From contig JAEZRQ010000006.1 of assembly GCA_023444045.1 (NCBI GenBank), positions 29,533-93,532 on the forward strand: DNA of 64,000 nucleotides. Reading direction: 5' to 3'. The position numbers and the translations under genes were made by a program. Below, in pieces: positions 1-9,057 of the stretch. Every line of letters begins with the position of its first letter. Position 1 is the first letter of the stretch. Source of the DNA: Candidatus Parcubacteria bacterium (GTDB lineage: Bacteria > Patescibacteriota > Patescibacteriia > Patescibacteriales > UBA12465). The notes beneath the pieces are model-generated. The model saw only the letters and a list, made by a program, of their open reading frames with translations. It was not told where the DNA came from and did no database searches.

Positions 1-37
1 CTTTAATCTAATCAATTCTTTAAGTGAAGCAAAGCTT

Positions 38-1972
38 ATGATTGGGATATTTAATTTTAATTCTCCTGACAAAATGTATTATCAAAATACCACTGATTTA
101 TATAGCTCTGAAAATTTAGAAGCCATAAGAAAAGAAGATAAACAATTTAATCATAAGCAACAAGAAGGTGAGTCTAAAGAAGATTATGAAAAAAGAATGG
201 CTGTATATAAGGAGAAAATACGTAGTCGTTTAGAGAAATTTGATGTTGGACAACGCTTATCCGTCTTCTTAAATTATCAAGAAAAAAAACAAAACAAAAA
301 AGAATTAATCTTCTTAGCCAAGAAAGCTGGTAAAGGAGCTTTGATGGGTGCTAGTTTTGCGGCCGCTGGTGCTTTCTTAGCTGACAAGCTCGGACTTGAT
401 AGTCTATTTTCTAAATCTGATGGAGGGGTTGGCGGCACTGGAACAGCCACTCCTGAAACAATGGTTGGTTCTAGTGCTGAGAGCAGCATTGTTGTCCCAC
501 CAGTTATAGCTGGTGATTCTGTTGCGGAAAATATTGTTAACCCCAATGAAGCAATTATTCCCGAAGTTGAAAGTGCAAGTATCGCCGGAACTGACACAAG
601 TAAATATTCTGATGTCATCTCTAATAAAGAATTAAATGGTAAAAGTGATTCAATTTGGCGATCGGTCAGGGAGATATTTAAGAAGAACGCCGCTGACCTT
701 GGATATAAAGGGGATTTAGATGATGTTCAAGCGATTAATAAATGGGCAGAAACACAAACAGCCGTGGCAGTTAATAATAGTGAGGGCATGGATCAGGTTG
801 TTTTCGAGGGCAACAAAGTAGAGTTAGTTCGCGATGGTGATAGTTTTAAAATTAATTTAGAGAAAGGTGATGGCATAGAGCCAAAGGAGGTAGGCGTCGT
901 TTCTACAAACCGTGCAGAAGACTTAAAGGATCTTGAAATAGAGCGTCCTGGACTCAAGCAAGAGGTGCCTCAAGAAGAAATTAGTGCTAAGACTATCAGA
1001 GAGCAAGTATCTGCTAATAGTGCTTCAGCGGAGCAAATTACATCAACAGCTCCAAATGAATCAGTTGAAGAAGCTGCGACAAATGAAACCGAGGTAGAAC
1101 AACCAGTTTCTAAAGTTGATACTCCAAGGGAAGATGTAAATGACTTAGCAGCTAAAAAAATGGCCAGATTAGTTAAGGGAGGTAATATTGCTCATAATGT
1201 TAGTGGGGAGGTTTATAGTGGCCGTTTCAAGGGTGCTGAAGAATTTTTAAGCAGACTTGATTCTTTTAATAAGGAATTGGGTGTTGAGTTATCCGATGCT
1301 CAAAAAACGGAAGCCAGCGGTATTTGGGACAGTTTCAAGTCGCACAATGATTACAATATTTTAAGGAGAAATTTAGATGCTTTTGAATCAAGGGTTATTT
1401 CTAGCGCCAACATTCCAACTGAGACTCCTATTGAAAACTCTGTTGACGTAGTGGCGCAAAGTGCAGCCCCTGAAACTAAAATTAGTAATTTAGAGGGTAT
1501 TTCCAAAGAACTAAATCTAAAATCGGAAAGTCTTTCTAAGTTAGGTGATGGTTTAGTTTATGAAAAGAGTGGCTTAGGAAAAATATTCTTAGAAGCTGAT
1601 GGCAAGAGTATTAGCAAAGTGATTGCGCCTGATAATCAAGAAATTCCTCAAGACTTTGTTAAAGAAGCGCTGGGTCGTAGAGATTTAAGTAAATTTGCTA
1701 AGCAAGGCGGTTTGGATAAAATCCTAAATAATTGGAATAAACTTGATTCTAATGATCAACTAACCTTAAGAACAATTGACTGGATTAACAAGAGTCCAGA
1801 AAAATGGCCACCAGCAGAGATTTTTACTCAATTAAAAGCTATCTTTAAGATTAATACCGATAATCTAATTTATGATTCCGCGGGTAAACAAATTTTGGTT
1901 AAGGGTGATACTCGTGCTTTTTCAATGACTCTAAAAGGGCTTAAAGAAATGGCTAAGTATTTAAATAAATAA
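38..1972 (+). CDS. hypothetical protein with Gly/Ala-rich hydrophobic segment and acidic, low-complexity C-terminal half; the frame is open to the window edge upstream of ATG 38, so it may be 5'-partial
   Basis: 644-aa ORF. No stop in frame between position 2 and 38. No family motif recognised by eye. Followed by a strong terminator. Confidence 0.5.
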   Translation: MIGIFNFNSPDKMYYQNTTDLYSSENLEAIRKEDKQFNHKQQEGESKEDYEKRMAVYKEKIRSRLEKFDVGQRLSVFLNYQEKKQNKKELIFLAKKAGKGALMGASFAAAGAFLADKLGLDSLFSKSDGGVGGTGTATPETMVGSSAESSIVVPPVIAGDSVAENIVNPNEAIIPEVESASIAGTDTSKYSDVISNKELNGKSDSIWRSVREIFKKNAADLGYKGDLDDVQAINKWAETQTAVAVNNSEGMDQVVFEGNKVELVRDGDSFKINLEKGDGIEPKEVGVVSTNRAEDLKDLEIERPGLKQEVPQEEISAKTIREQVSANSASAEQITSTAPNESVEEAATNETEVEQPVSKVDTPREDVNDLAAKKMARLVKGGNIAHNVSGEVYSGRFKGAEEFLSRLDSFNKELGVELSDAQKTEASGIWDSFKSHNDYNILRRNLDAFESRVISSANIPTETPIENSVDVVAQSAAPETKISNLEGISKELNLKSESLSKLGDGLVYEKSGLGKIFLEADGKSISKVIAPDNQEIPQDFVKEALGRRDLSKFAKQGGLDKILNNWNKLDSNDQLTLRTIDWINKSPEKWPPAEIFTQLKAIFKINTDNLIYDSAGKQILVKGDTRAFSMTLKGLKEMAKYLNK

Positions 1973-1991
1973 GTTTAAATATTAGGAAAAA

Positions 1992-2015
1992 GCCGGCCCT
2001 TGGGGCCGGCTTTTT
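1992..2015 (+). terminator. Rho-independent terminator
   Basis: GCCGGCCC-tt-GGGGCCGGC perfect GC stem followed by TTTTT, directly after the stop of ORF 38..1972. Confidence 0.8.
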
Positions 2016-2031
2016 GGTCCCTAAAATAATG

Positions 2032-2060
2032 TTGACAATTTTTTGTTTTACTGATATTAT
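2032..2060 (+). promoter_or_regulatory. sigma70-like promoter TTGACA-17-TATTAT
   Basis: -35 TTGACA (2032-2037), exact 17-nt spacer, -10 TATTAT (2055-2060), about 45 nt upstream of ATG 2105. Confidence 0.5.
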
Positions 2061-2104
2061 TAGTGAGTTAGATTAGTACGTAAACAAACAAAAATAGATA
2101 AATC

Positions 2105-2479
2105 ATGAAAAAATTTTTCTTATTATTAGCCCTGATGGTAGCCATTGGTGCTAATGCGCAATTGAGGGTAGCTAACCTTTCAGGCCAAAACCTGAAAGTT
2201 AGTATTGGCAATAAAAGCCAGCAGGTTTCTAATCAGGCACTAGTCACCTTTGCGGACGTACGCCTCAAGGAGGTGTGGCTCAGTTGCCAAACAGTTGCTG
2301 GTGAGACTTACACGTTTTTAAAAGAAGTAAGCCGAAAAGGATATATTGAGGTTCTGCCGGAAGATGTATCTACCACCAATCAAATAAAGGTTACAGCAGT
2401 GGTGGAGGCAAAAAAAGACACCGTTCAATCGGCTGCAAGCCCAGTTCGCATATCTGACCTGGTGAAACAAAAAAAATAA
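2105..2479 (+). CDS. small secreted hypothetical protein
   Basis: 124 aa. N-terminal Sec signal MKKFFLLLALMVAIGANA-Q. No recognisable domain. Confidence 0.5.
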   Translation: MKKFFLLLALMVAIGANAQLRVANLSGQNLKVSIGNKSQQVSNQALVTFADVRLKEVWLSCQTVAGETYTFLKEVSRKGYIEVLPEDVSTTNQIKVTAVVEAKKDTVQSAASPVRISDLVKQKK

Positions 2480-2490
2480 AATTAAAAAAA

Positions 2491-2528
2491 GAAGAGCTTC
2501 TAACTCAAAGTTGGGAGCTCTTTTCTTA
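2491..2528 (+). terminator. putative weak Rho-independent terminator
   Basis: AAGAGCT...(17-nt loop)...GAGCTCTT imperfect hairpin followed by TTTTCTT. Confidence 0.35.
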
Positions 2529-2554
2529 TAAAAGGCTTTATTTTAGCACTTAAA

Positions 2555-2583
2555 TTGACCTTTTAGATTTGACTTGGTATAAT
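2555..2583 (+). promoter_or_regulatory. sigma70-like promoter TTGACC-17-TATAAT
   Basis: -35 TTGACC (2555-2560), 17-nt spacer, consensus -10 TATAAT (2578-2583). Implies the downstream gene starts at ATG 2634, not the TTG at 2595 in the ORF track. Confidence 0.5.
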
Positions 2584-2633
2584 AATATCACAGGTTGAGG
2601 CAACCTTTTTTATTGTTTTTAAACTTATTTAAT

Positions 2634-3287
2634 ATGATTATAACATGGCTTGGGCAATCAGCTTTTAAATTACAAGATAAGATTGGTAGTGATGGCGTAA
2701 CAGTGGTCACTGATCCTTATGGTAAGGAATGTGGCCTTAAAATGCCAAACTTTGAAGCGGATATTATTACAGTTTCTCACAATCATGATGATCATAATAA
2801 TGTTGAAGCTTTGAGAGGAAATCCTTTTATAATTGATTGTGCTGGTGAATATGATACTAAAGGAATCTTAATTGAAGGCATTGATTCTTATCATGATGAA
2901 GAGGAAGGTAAAATCCGTGGTGGTAATATTATTTACCGTATTGAGATTGATGATATTTCTATCGTTCATCTAGGTGATTTAGGACATGTTTTAAGTAATG
3001 AACAGTTAGAGAAATTGGTTGGAGTTGATATTTTGCTGATTCCAGTTGGTGGCAAGCATACCTTAGACGCTAAAAAAGCAGTAGAGGTGATTTCTCAGAT
3101 TGAGCCACGTATTGTTATTCCAATGCACTATAAGATTGAAGGTTTAGCTTATGATGATTTTGATTCCATTGAAAAATTTGTTAAAGAATTAGGGATTGAG
3201 GCTAGTAGTGAAGAGAAATTAAAGATTTCTAAAAAGGATTTACCTCAGGAAGAAATGGAACTGGTAATTCTTACGCCAACTAAATAA
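2634..3287 (+). CDS. metallo-beta-lactamase-fold metal-dependent hydrolase (UPF0173-like)
   Basis: MIITWLGQSAFKL N-terminus and HNHDDH metal-binding motif (H-x-H-x-D-H) typical of the MBL fold. ORF track starts at TTG 2595, but the promoter position favours ATG 2634. Confidence 0.7.
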   Translation: MIITWLGQSAFKLQDKIGSDGVTVVTDPYGKECGLKMPNFEADIITVSHNHDDHNNVEALRGNPFIIDCAGEYDTKGILIEGIDSYHDEEEGKIRGGNIIYRIEIDDISIVHLGDLGHVLSNEQLEKLVGVDILLIPVGGKHTLDAKKAVEVISQIEPRIVIPMHYKIEGLAYDDFDSIEKFVKELGIEASSEEKLKISKKDLPQEEMELVILTPTK

Positions 3288-3310
3288 AATAATATAAATA
3301 TAGAAAATTT

Positions 3311-3913
3311 ATGAACCACCCAAAAAAAGAAAGAACTTTTGTTATCCTAAAGCCTGATGCCGTTCAACGTGGGCTAATTGGTGAAACTATTAGACGTTTT
3401 GAAAATGTTGGTTTAAAGTTAGTTGCTCTTAAGATGATTATGGCCACTGAAGATCAGTGCTGGACTCATTATAATAAGGATGAAGCCTGGTTTTTAAAGA
3501 AGGGGGCCAATATTATCAAAAACCGTGAAGACCTTGGTTTACCGGTAGAAAAAGAGGCTTTAGAATATGGTAAGGATATTATCCGTGCTTTAGTTAAATT
3601 TATGACCGCTGGTCCAATCGTGCCGATGATCTTTGAAGGTAACCAAGCAATGGGAATTGTAAAAAAAATTGTAGGTGGCACTGAGCCATTAACCTCAGAG
3701 GTAGGCACTATTCGTGGTGACTATACTCTAGATTCCTATGAGCTTTCTAGTTATGATGACAGAGCGGTTAGAAATCTGATCCATTGTTCTGATCAAGTTG
3801 AGGAAGCAGAGAGAGAAATTAAAATTTGGTTTGATGAAGATGAGATTTTAAATTACCGTTTAATTTCTGAAGGCATTCTCTATGATGTTAACTTAGATGG
3901 TATCAGAGAATAA
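3311..3913 (+). CDS. ndk: nucleoside diphosphate kinase with two insertions
   Basis: TFVILKPDAVQRGLIGE...RFE N-terminal NDK signature and NLIHCSD active-site His region. About 200 aa versus about 140 canonical; extra about 30 aa between the HY and LVKFMTAGP motifs. Confidence 0.8.
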   Translation: MNHPKKERTFVILKPDAVQRGLIGETIRRFENVGLKLVALKMIMATEDQCWTHYNKDEAWFLKKGANIIKNREDLGLPVEKEALEYGKDIIRALVKFMTAGPIVPMIFEGNQAMGIVKKIVGGTEPLTSEVGTIRGDYTLDSYELSSYDDRAVRNLIHCSDQVEEAEREIKIWFDEDEILNYRLISEGILYDVNLDGIRE

Positions 3914-3918
3914 ATTTT

Positions 3919-4407
3919 ATGGCCGAAAATAATAAAAAAAATTTAGTAAAATTAGTTATTATTGCTATTGCTGCTTTAATTTTTTTTCTATGGCTAGCTA
4001 ATTTACGTAGCGTTTTTTCGGAGCCAGTAAATCAAGAAAATATTTTAGATAATTTTAATAAAGAGCTTGACAAGTCGCTTAAACAGGCGGCGGAAATATT
4101 GGGTGAAGAGGGCAGTAAAGAGAGTTTTGTTGATGACTTACTAGAAAAAGCTAGTAGCACCAAAGCTACTTCCAGTCTTGATATTGAGGACGTTTCAATC
4201 GACATAAAAGAAAACTTGTCAGAAATAATTAAGACCGCCAGCTCTACTTTAAATAATTTGCCGGAAGACAATTATCAAATTCCTGCTCCAGTAAAAGATA
4301 CTAATAAAAATTGTCCAGAATATATTAATTGTATGCCTTCTATTGGTGAAGCGCGCCCTTGTGTAATTCCTCCTGGTTGTGAAGGAATTACTTTAATTGC
4401 TTATTAA
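3919..4407 (+). CDS. membrane-anchored hypothetical protein with Cys-rich C-terminus
   Basis: 162 aa. N-terminal TM helix (LVIIAIAALIFFLWLA). C-terminal NCPEYINC...PCVIPPGC. Confidence 0.45.
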   Translation: MAENNKKNLVKLVIIAIAALIFFLWLANLRSVFSEPVNQENILDNFNKELDKSLKQAAEILGEEGSKESFVDDLLEKASSTKATSSLDIEDVSIDIKENLSEIIKTASSTLNNLPEDNYQIPAPVKDTNKNCPEYINCMPSIGEARPCVIPPGCEGITLIAY

Positions 4408-4422
4408 ATTTTTTGAAGTTTT

Positions 4423-6921
4423 ATGCCTAATGAGATTGAAAAAGTAGAAAGTACTGAAAACATCCGTAAACAAACGGAGTTTGGGATGGTTGAAGAGCAG
4501 CCGATTGTTGAGGAAATGAGTCGCTCTTACTTAGAGTATGCGATGAGCGTTATTGTGTCTCGTGCTTTGCCTGATGTCAGGGATGGTATGAAGCCAGTTC
4601 ATCGTCGTATTTTATATGCGATGTGGAGCATTGGTTTGCGCTCTAGTGCTAAATTTAGAAAATCAGCGACGGTAGTCGGTGAAGTTTTAGGTAAATATCA
4701 TCCTCATGGCGACAGCGCGGTTTATGATTCTATGGTTCGCCTGGCTCAAGATTTCTCAATGCGTTATCCATTAGTTAGGGGGCAGGGAAACTTTGGTTCT
4801 ATGGATGGTGACAGTGCAGCAGCAATGCGTTATACCGAAGCTAAATTAGCCGGCATTGCTGAAGAGATGCTTTTTGACATTGATAAAGATACAGTTGATT
4901 TTATTCCTAACTTTGATGGCTCACAAAAAGAGCCAAGAGTTTTGCCAGCTAAATTACCAAATCTGCTATTAAATGGAACCATGGGTATCGCTGTTGGTAT
5001 GTCTACCAACATCCCTCCTCATAACTTAAGAGAATTATCAGCTGCAATTGTTCGTTTGCTTGATAATCCGGAAGCTAGCATTGAGGATTTAATGGAAGAT
5101 GTTAAGGGACCTGATTTTCCAACTGGCGGTATTATTTATAACAAAAAAGATATTTTAACTGCCTATGCCACTGGTAAGGGTGGTATTGTGATGCGTGGTA
5201 AAGCAGATATTTCCGAAAATAAAAATGGTTTTCAAATTATTATTTCCGAAATTCCTTATCAGGTAAATAAAGCTGACTTAGTGGAGAAAATTGCTGATTT
5301 AGTAAAAGAAAAAAAACTAGATGGTATTAAAGCCTTGCGCGATGAGTCTGATCGTGATGGCGTTCGCGTGGTTATTGAACTTAAAAAAGAAGCTTATCCG
5401 AAAAAAGTTTTAAATGCTCTTTATAAACATACCTCACTGCAGACAACTTTCCATGTTAATATGTTAGCTTTGGTTGATGGTGGTATTCAGCCGAAAGTTT
5501 TAACACTAAAAATGATTTTAGAGGAGTATATTAAACATCGTGAAGAGGTGGTTAGAAGAAGAACGCAATATGAACTTAATAAAGCTTTAGATAGAGCTCA
5601 TATTTTAGAAGGTTTAATGATTGCTCTTAAAAATATTGATGAGGTGATTAAGACTATTAAAGCTTCTAAGGATAAAGAAATTGCTAAAGCTAATTTAATA
5701 AAGAAATTTGACCTATCAGAAAGACAAGCGGTCGCAATTTTAGAAATGCGTTTGCAGAACTTAGCTAACCTGGAGCAACAGAAAATTGAAGATGAACTTA
5801 AAGAAAAGAAAAAATTAATTAAAGAACTGGAGGCTATTTTAGCCTCAGTAGAAAAAATTAGAATTTTAATAAAAGATGAGCTCATTGCTTTAACTGATAA
5901 ATTTGGCGATGAACGCCGTACCGCTGTAGTATCTCACGGTGTTAAGGAGTTTAATATTGAAGATTTGGTTCCTAATGAAGAGGCTCTGGTAATGATGACT
6001 CGCGACGGTTACATTAAACGTACCGAACCGGATACTTTTAAAGTTCAGGCTCGCGGCGGTAAGGGAATTATTGGCTTAACCACCAAAGAAGAGGATTCAG
6101 TTTTATTCATGTTTACTACTTTAACTCATAATGATGTCCTATTTTTCACTTCTAAAGGCAGAGTATTCCAATTAAAAGCTTATGAAATCCCTCAAGCCTC
6201 TCGTATTGCCAAAGGCACTCCGATTGTTAACTTCTTGCAGCTTATTGGTGGTGAACAAATTTCGGCTATTTTGCCGCTTGATAAGTTATCAACCAGCAAA
6301 TACTTATTCTTTGCTACTGAGAAGGGGCTAGTTAAGAAAGTTGAACTTAGCGCCTTTGCTAATGTTAGACGCAGCGGTTTAATTGCAATTAAAATTAAAG
6401 AAGATGACAAATTAATCTGGGCCAAACCAACTTCTGGCAGTGATCATATTCAACTAGTTACCGCTTTGGGTCAGGCTATTCGCTTTAAGGAAACCGATGT
6501 TCGCGACATGGGACGAAATGCGGCCGGTGTTAACGGTATTAGACTGCATAAAAATGATCGGGTAATCGGCATGGGTGTTGCTAAGACCGATAAAGAAAAA
6601 CTCAGAAAATATCAGATTCTAACTATCATGGCTAGCGGTTATGGTAAGCGAACCGAATTTAATTTATATAAAGTTCAGGGTCGCGGTGGTTCTGGCATTA
6701 AGACTGCTAAGATAACTGATAAGACAGGTGAACTAACTAACGCTTTCTTGTTAAACGAGGAAAGTATGAGTGACCGCGATATAATAATTATCTCTGATAA
6801 GGGCCAAGTGATTCGCGTTCCGTTTAAATCAGTCAGTGTTTTGGGTCGTGATACTCAGGGAGTTAGAATTATGAGATTTAAGGATCCGGAGGATAGAGTG
6901 GCGGGCGTGACTTGGGCTTAG
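4423..6921 (+). CDS. gyrA: DNA gyrase subunit A
   Basis: [28 protein letters not shown] signature with catalytic Tyr region. C-terminal beta-pinwheel repeats. 832 aa. Confidence 0.95.
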   Translation: MPNEIEKVESTENIRKQTEFGMVEEQPIVEEMSRSYLEYAMSVIVSRALPDVRDGMKPVHRRILYAMWSIGLRSSAKFRKSATVVGEVLGKYHPHGDSAVYDSMVRLAQDFSMRYPLVRGQGNFGSMDGDSAAAMRYTEAKLAGIAEEMLFDIDKDTVDFIPNFDGSQKEPRVLPAKLPNLLLNGTMGIAVGMSTNIPPHNLRELSAAIVRLLDNPEASIEDLMEDVKGPDFPTGGIIYNKKDILTAYATGKGGIVMRGKADISENKNGFQIIISEIPYQVNKADLVEKIADLVKEKKLDGIKALRDESDRDGVRVVIELKKEAYPKKVLNALYKHTSLQTTFHVNMLALVDGGIQPKVLTLKMILEEYIKHREEVVRRRTQYELNKALDRAHILEGLMIALKNIDEVIKTIKASKDKEIAKANLIKKFDLSERQAVAILEMRLQNLANLEQQKIEDELKEKKKLIKELEAILASVEKIRILIKDELIALTDKFGDERRTAVVSHGVKEFNIEDLVPNEEALVMMTRDGYIKRTEPDTFKVQARGGKGIIGLTTKEEDSVLFMFTTLTHNDVLFFTSKGRVFQLKAYEIPQASRIAKGTPIVNFLQLIGGEQISAILPLDKLSTSKYLFFATEKGLVKKVELSAFANVRRSGLIAIKIKEDDKLIWAKPTSGSDHIQLVTALGQAIRFKETDVRDMGRNAAGVNGIRLHKNDRVIGMGVAKTDKEKLRKYQILTIMASGYGKRTEFNLYKVQGRGGSGIKTAKITDKTGELTNAFLLNEESMSDRDIIIISDKGQVIRVPFKSVSVLGRDTQGVRIMRFKDPEDRVAGVTWA

Positions 6922-6938
6922 TAAAAAAATATTTAAAA

Positions 6939-6965
6939 AGTCAGGTAAATTTACCTGACTTTTTA
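6939..6965 (+). terminator. Rho-independent terminator
   Basis: AGTCAGGTAAA/TTTACCTGACT inverted repeat followed by TTTT, just after the gyrA stop. Confidence 0.6.
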
Positions 6966-7016
6966 CTTAAAAAAGGTTATACTATAATCAGTAATTAACT
7001 AATTTTCTTATATTCT

Positions 7017-8129
7017 ATGGAAACGCTACTCATTATCTTGATTGTTTTAATCTTAGCTGGTTTAGGTTTAGTAATTAGTCTTTTGCTTAAGAAAAATGAG
7101 ACTAGTACGCCTCTAATGGAAAAACTAGTTACTCAGTCAGAGCAGTTAAGTCAGTTAAATCGTCAAAATTCAGAGTTGCGCCAAGAACTTGATCGTAAGC
7201 TTTCAGAAACCTACCGCGCTAATCAGAGCCAGTTTGAACATACCTCTAAAACTATTCAAAATATTAGTAGTCAATCAAATAAATTAATTGCTGATGTGAC
7301 TGAAAAACTAACCAAGTTAGATGAAACCAATAAACAAGTGATTAATTTTTCTTCTCAATTACAAAGTCTACAAGATATCTTAAAAAATCCTAAGCAGCGC
7401 GGAGTTTTAGGGGAGTACTATTTAGAAGAAACTCTTAAGAATGTTTTGCCACCGAAGTCATATGAACTGCAGTATAAATTTGGCAAGGATGAAAAAACTG
7501 ATAAAGACTTAATTGTTGATGCCGTCGTTTTTGTTAAAGATAAAATTGTGCCAATTGATGCTAAGTTTTCTCTCGAAAATTATGAACGTTTACTTAATTG
7601 TTCTGATGAAGAAGCTCGCAAAAAATTAGAAGCAGCTTTTAAACAAGATTTAAAAAATAGAATTGATGAAACCTCTAAATATGTTCTTCCTGCTAAGGGC
7701 ACTTTAGAATTTGCTTTCATGTTTATCCCCTCAGAATCAATTTATTATGATTTACTAGTCGGCAGTGTTGGTGGTACAAAAATAAATAGCCGTGATTTAA
7801 TAGAATATGCCTTTAGGGAAAAGAAAGTGGTTATTGTTTCGCCTACTTCTTTTCTGGCGTATCTACAAACAGTGCTTCAGGGGCTAAAAGCAATGCAGAT
7901 TGAGGAAAGAGCCAAGGAAATTAAACAGAATGTTGAAAAATTAGGACGCCATATTATTTCTTATGATGAGTTTCTAAAGAAAATGGGTAGTAGTTTGGCA
8001 ACCACGGTCAGTCATTATAACAACGCCTCAGCTGAGTTTAAGAAAATTGATAAAGACGTTATTAAAATTACTGGTGGCGAGAGTGAACTGGAGGCGCTAA
8101 AAATAGAAAAACCAAAAAATGATGATTAA
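7017..8129 (+). CDS. rmuC: DNA recombination protein RmuC
   Basis: N-terminal TM, long coiled coil (QLSQLNRQNSELRQELDRK), C-terminal RmuC nuclease-like region (GEYYLEETLKNVLP...IDAKFSLENY). Confidence 0.75.
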   Translation: METLLIILIVLILAGLGLVISLLLKKNETSTPLMEKLVTQSEQLSQLNRQNSELRQELDRKLSETYRANQSQFEHTSKTIQNISSQSNKLIADVTEKLTKLDETNKQVINFSSQLQSLQDILKNPKQRGVLGEYYLEETLKNVLPPKSYELQYKFGKDEKTDKDLIVDAVVFVKDKIVPIDAKFSLENYERLLNCSDEEARKKLEAAFKQDLKNRIDETSKYVLPAKGTLEFAFMFIPSESIYYDLLVGSVGGTKINSRDLIEYAFREKKVVIVSPTSFLAYLQTVLQGLKAMQIEERAKEIKQNVEKLGRHIISYDEFLKKMGSSLATTVSHYNNASAEFKKIDKDVIKITGGESELEALKIEKPKNDD

Positions 8130-9057
8130 TGATGTCAGCCAACAAAATAATAAAGCAGAAGAGGCTGTTTTGAAGGCTTTAGTTTTTTTTGATCTTTTTA
8201 GCTATCCGCTGACTGACTGGGAGATCTGGCAGGGGGTAAGTTTTAACTTAGATTTTTTATCTTTAAAAAAGATTATTGAGAAGTTGCTTTTAGAAAATAA
8301 AATAGAAACCTTAGAGGGTTTTTATTTTTTACCAGGCAGGCAAGAAATAGTTAGGATTCGTAAGGATCGTTATAATTATACCAATGCTAAAATAAAATTA
8401 GCTCGGTCAGCAGTTAGATTTTTCAGTTGGCTACCGAGTGTAAAATTAGTAGCTGTTTCTAATTTAATCGGACACCATAACCTAAGGGCAGAGAGTGATA
8501 TTGATATCTTTATCGTCACCTCTTCAGGGCGCCTGTGGCTATCCCGTCTTTTTTGTACAGGAATAATGAAACTCCTTAATCGTCGGCCTAATAAAAAAAC
8601 TAAAAAAGATAAGATCTGTCTTAGTTTCTATGTGAGTGCTAGTGGTTTAGATTTGGGAAATTTGCGTTTTAAAAATGGAGACCCGTATTTTGACTATTGG
8701 CTTCTTGGCTTATTTCCTCTTTGTGATAAAGATGATTATCTAAATTATTTTAGGTTTAAAAATCCATGGCTTAAAGAGGTTTTTCCTAATTGTTTATTAT
8801 TTAAGAATGGCGTTTCTGTCCCAGATTCACCAATTAGTTTGTTTGAAAAAAGTTTTTTCTTTTTAGGTGATCAACTAGAAAAACTAGCTAAGAAAATACA
8901 GCTTTTAATTTTACCAAAAAAACTAAAAGACTTAGCCAATCAGAATTCAGGTGTCGTCTTAAGTGATTCAGTGTTAAGATTTTATTTAAATGATCGTCGG
9001 CAAGAGTTTCTAGATAAGTATAAAAAACGTTTAGCAGAAATTGGTATCTATGACTAA
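8119..9057 (+). CDS. hypothetical protein, possible Pol-beta-type nucleotidyltransferase fold
   Basis: GHHNLRAESDIDIFIV resembles the G[SG]...D-x-D NTase motif. Overlaps rmuC by 11 nt and the downstream gene by 17 nt (operonic). Confidence 0.4.
   Translation: MMINDVSQQNNKAEEAVLKALVFFDLFSYPLTDWEIWQGVSFNLDFLSLKKIIEKLLLENKIETLEGFYFLPGRQEIVRIRKDRYNYTNAKIKLARSAVRFFSWLPSVKLVAVSNLIGHHNLRAESDIDIFIVTSSGRLWLSRLFCTGIMKLLNRRPNKKTKKDKICLSFYVSASGLDLGNLRFKNGDPYFDYWLLGLFPLCDKDDYLNYFRFKNPWLKEVFPNCLLFKNGVSVPDSPISLFEKSFFFLGDQLEKLAKKIQLLILPKKLKDLANQNSGVVLSDSVLRFYLNDRRQEFLDKYKKRLAEIGIYD

Noticed and set aside
277-618. 113-aa minus-strand ORF, and similar antisense ORFs (3469..3708, 4032..4271, 4830..5012, 5598..5885, 6192..6425, 11553..11807, 12393..12611, 15842..16075, 18511..18705, 24639..24845, 26385..26573, 27852..28046, 29093..29275, 32101..32304, 35928..36294, 38198..38461, 40864..41124, 45095..45394, 45779..46336, 46352..47337, 48829..49074, 49556..49831, 54655..54849, 55518..56131, 58449..59101, 60548..60757, 61606..61803, 63716..63928)
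   Set aside because: All lie antisense to, or in alternative frames of, long well-supported CDSs with recognisable domains. Their low-complexity Ser/Ile/Leu-rich translations are typical of AT-rich antisense frames.
2595-2633. TTG start at 2595 for the MBL-fold hydrolase
   Set aside because: A near-perfect TTGACC-17-TATAAT promoter ends at 2583. This would put the transcription start only a few nt before 2595. ATG 2634 gives a normal leader, and the conserved family N-terminus (MIITWLGQSAF) begins there.
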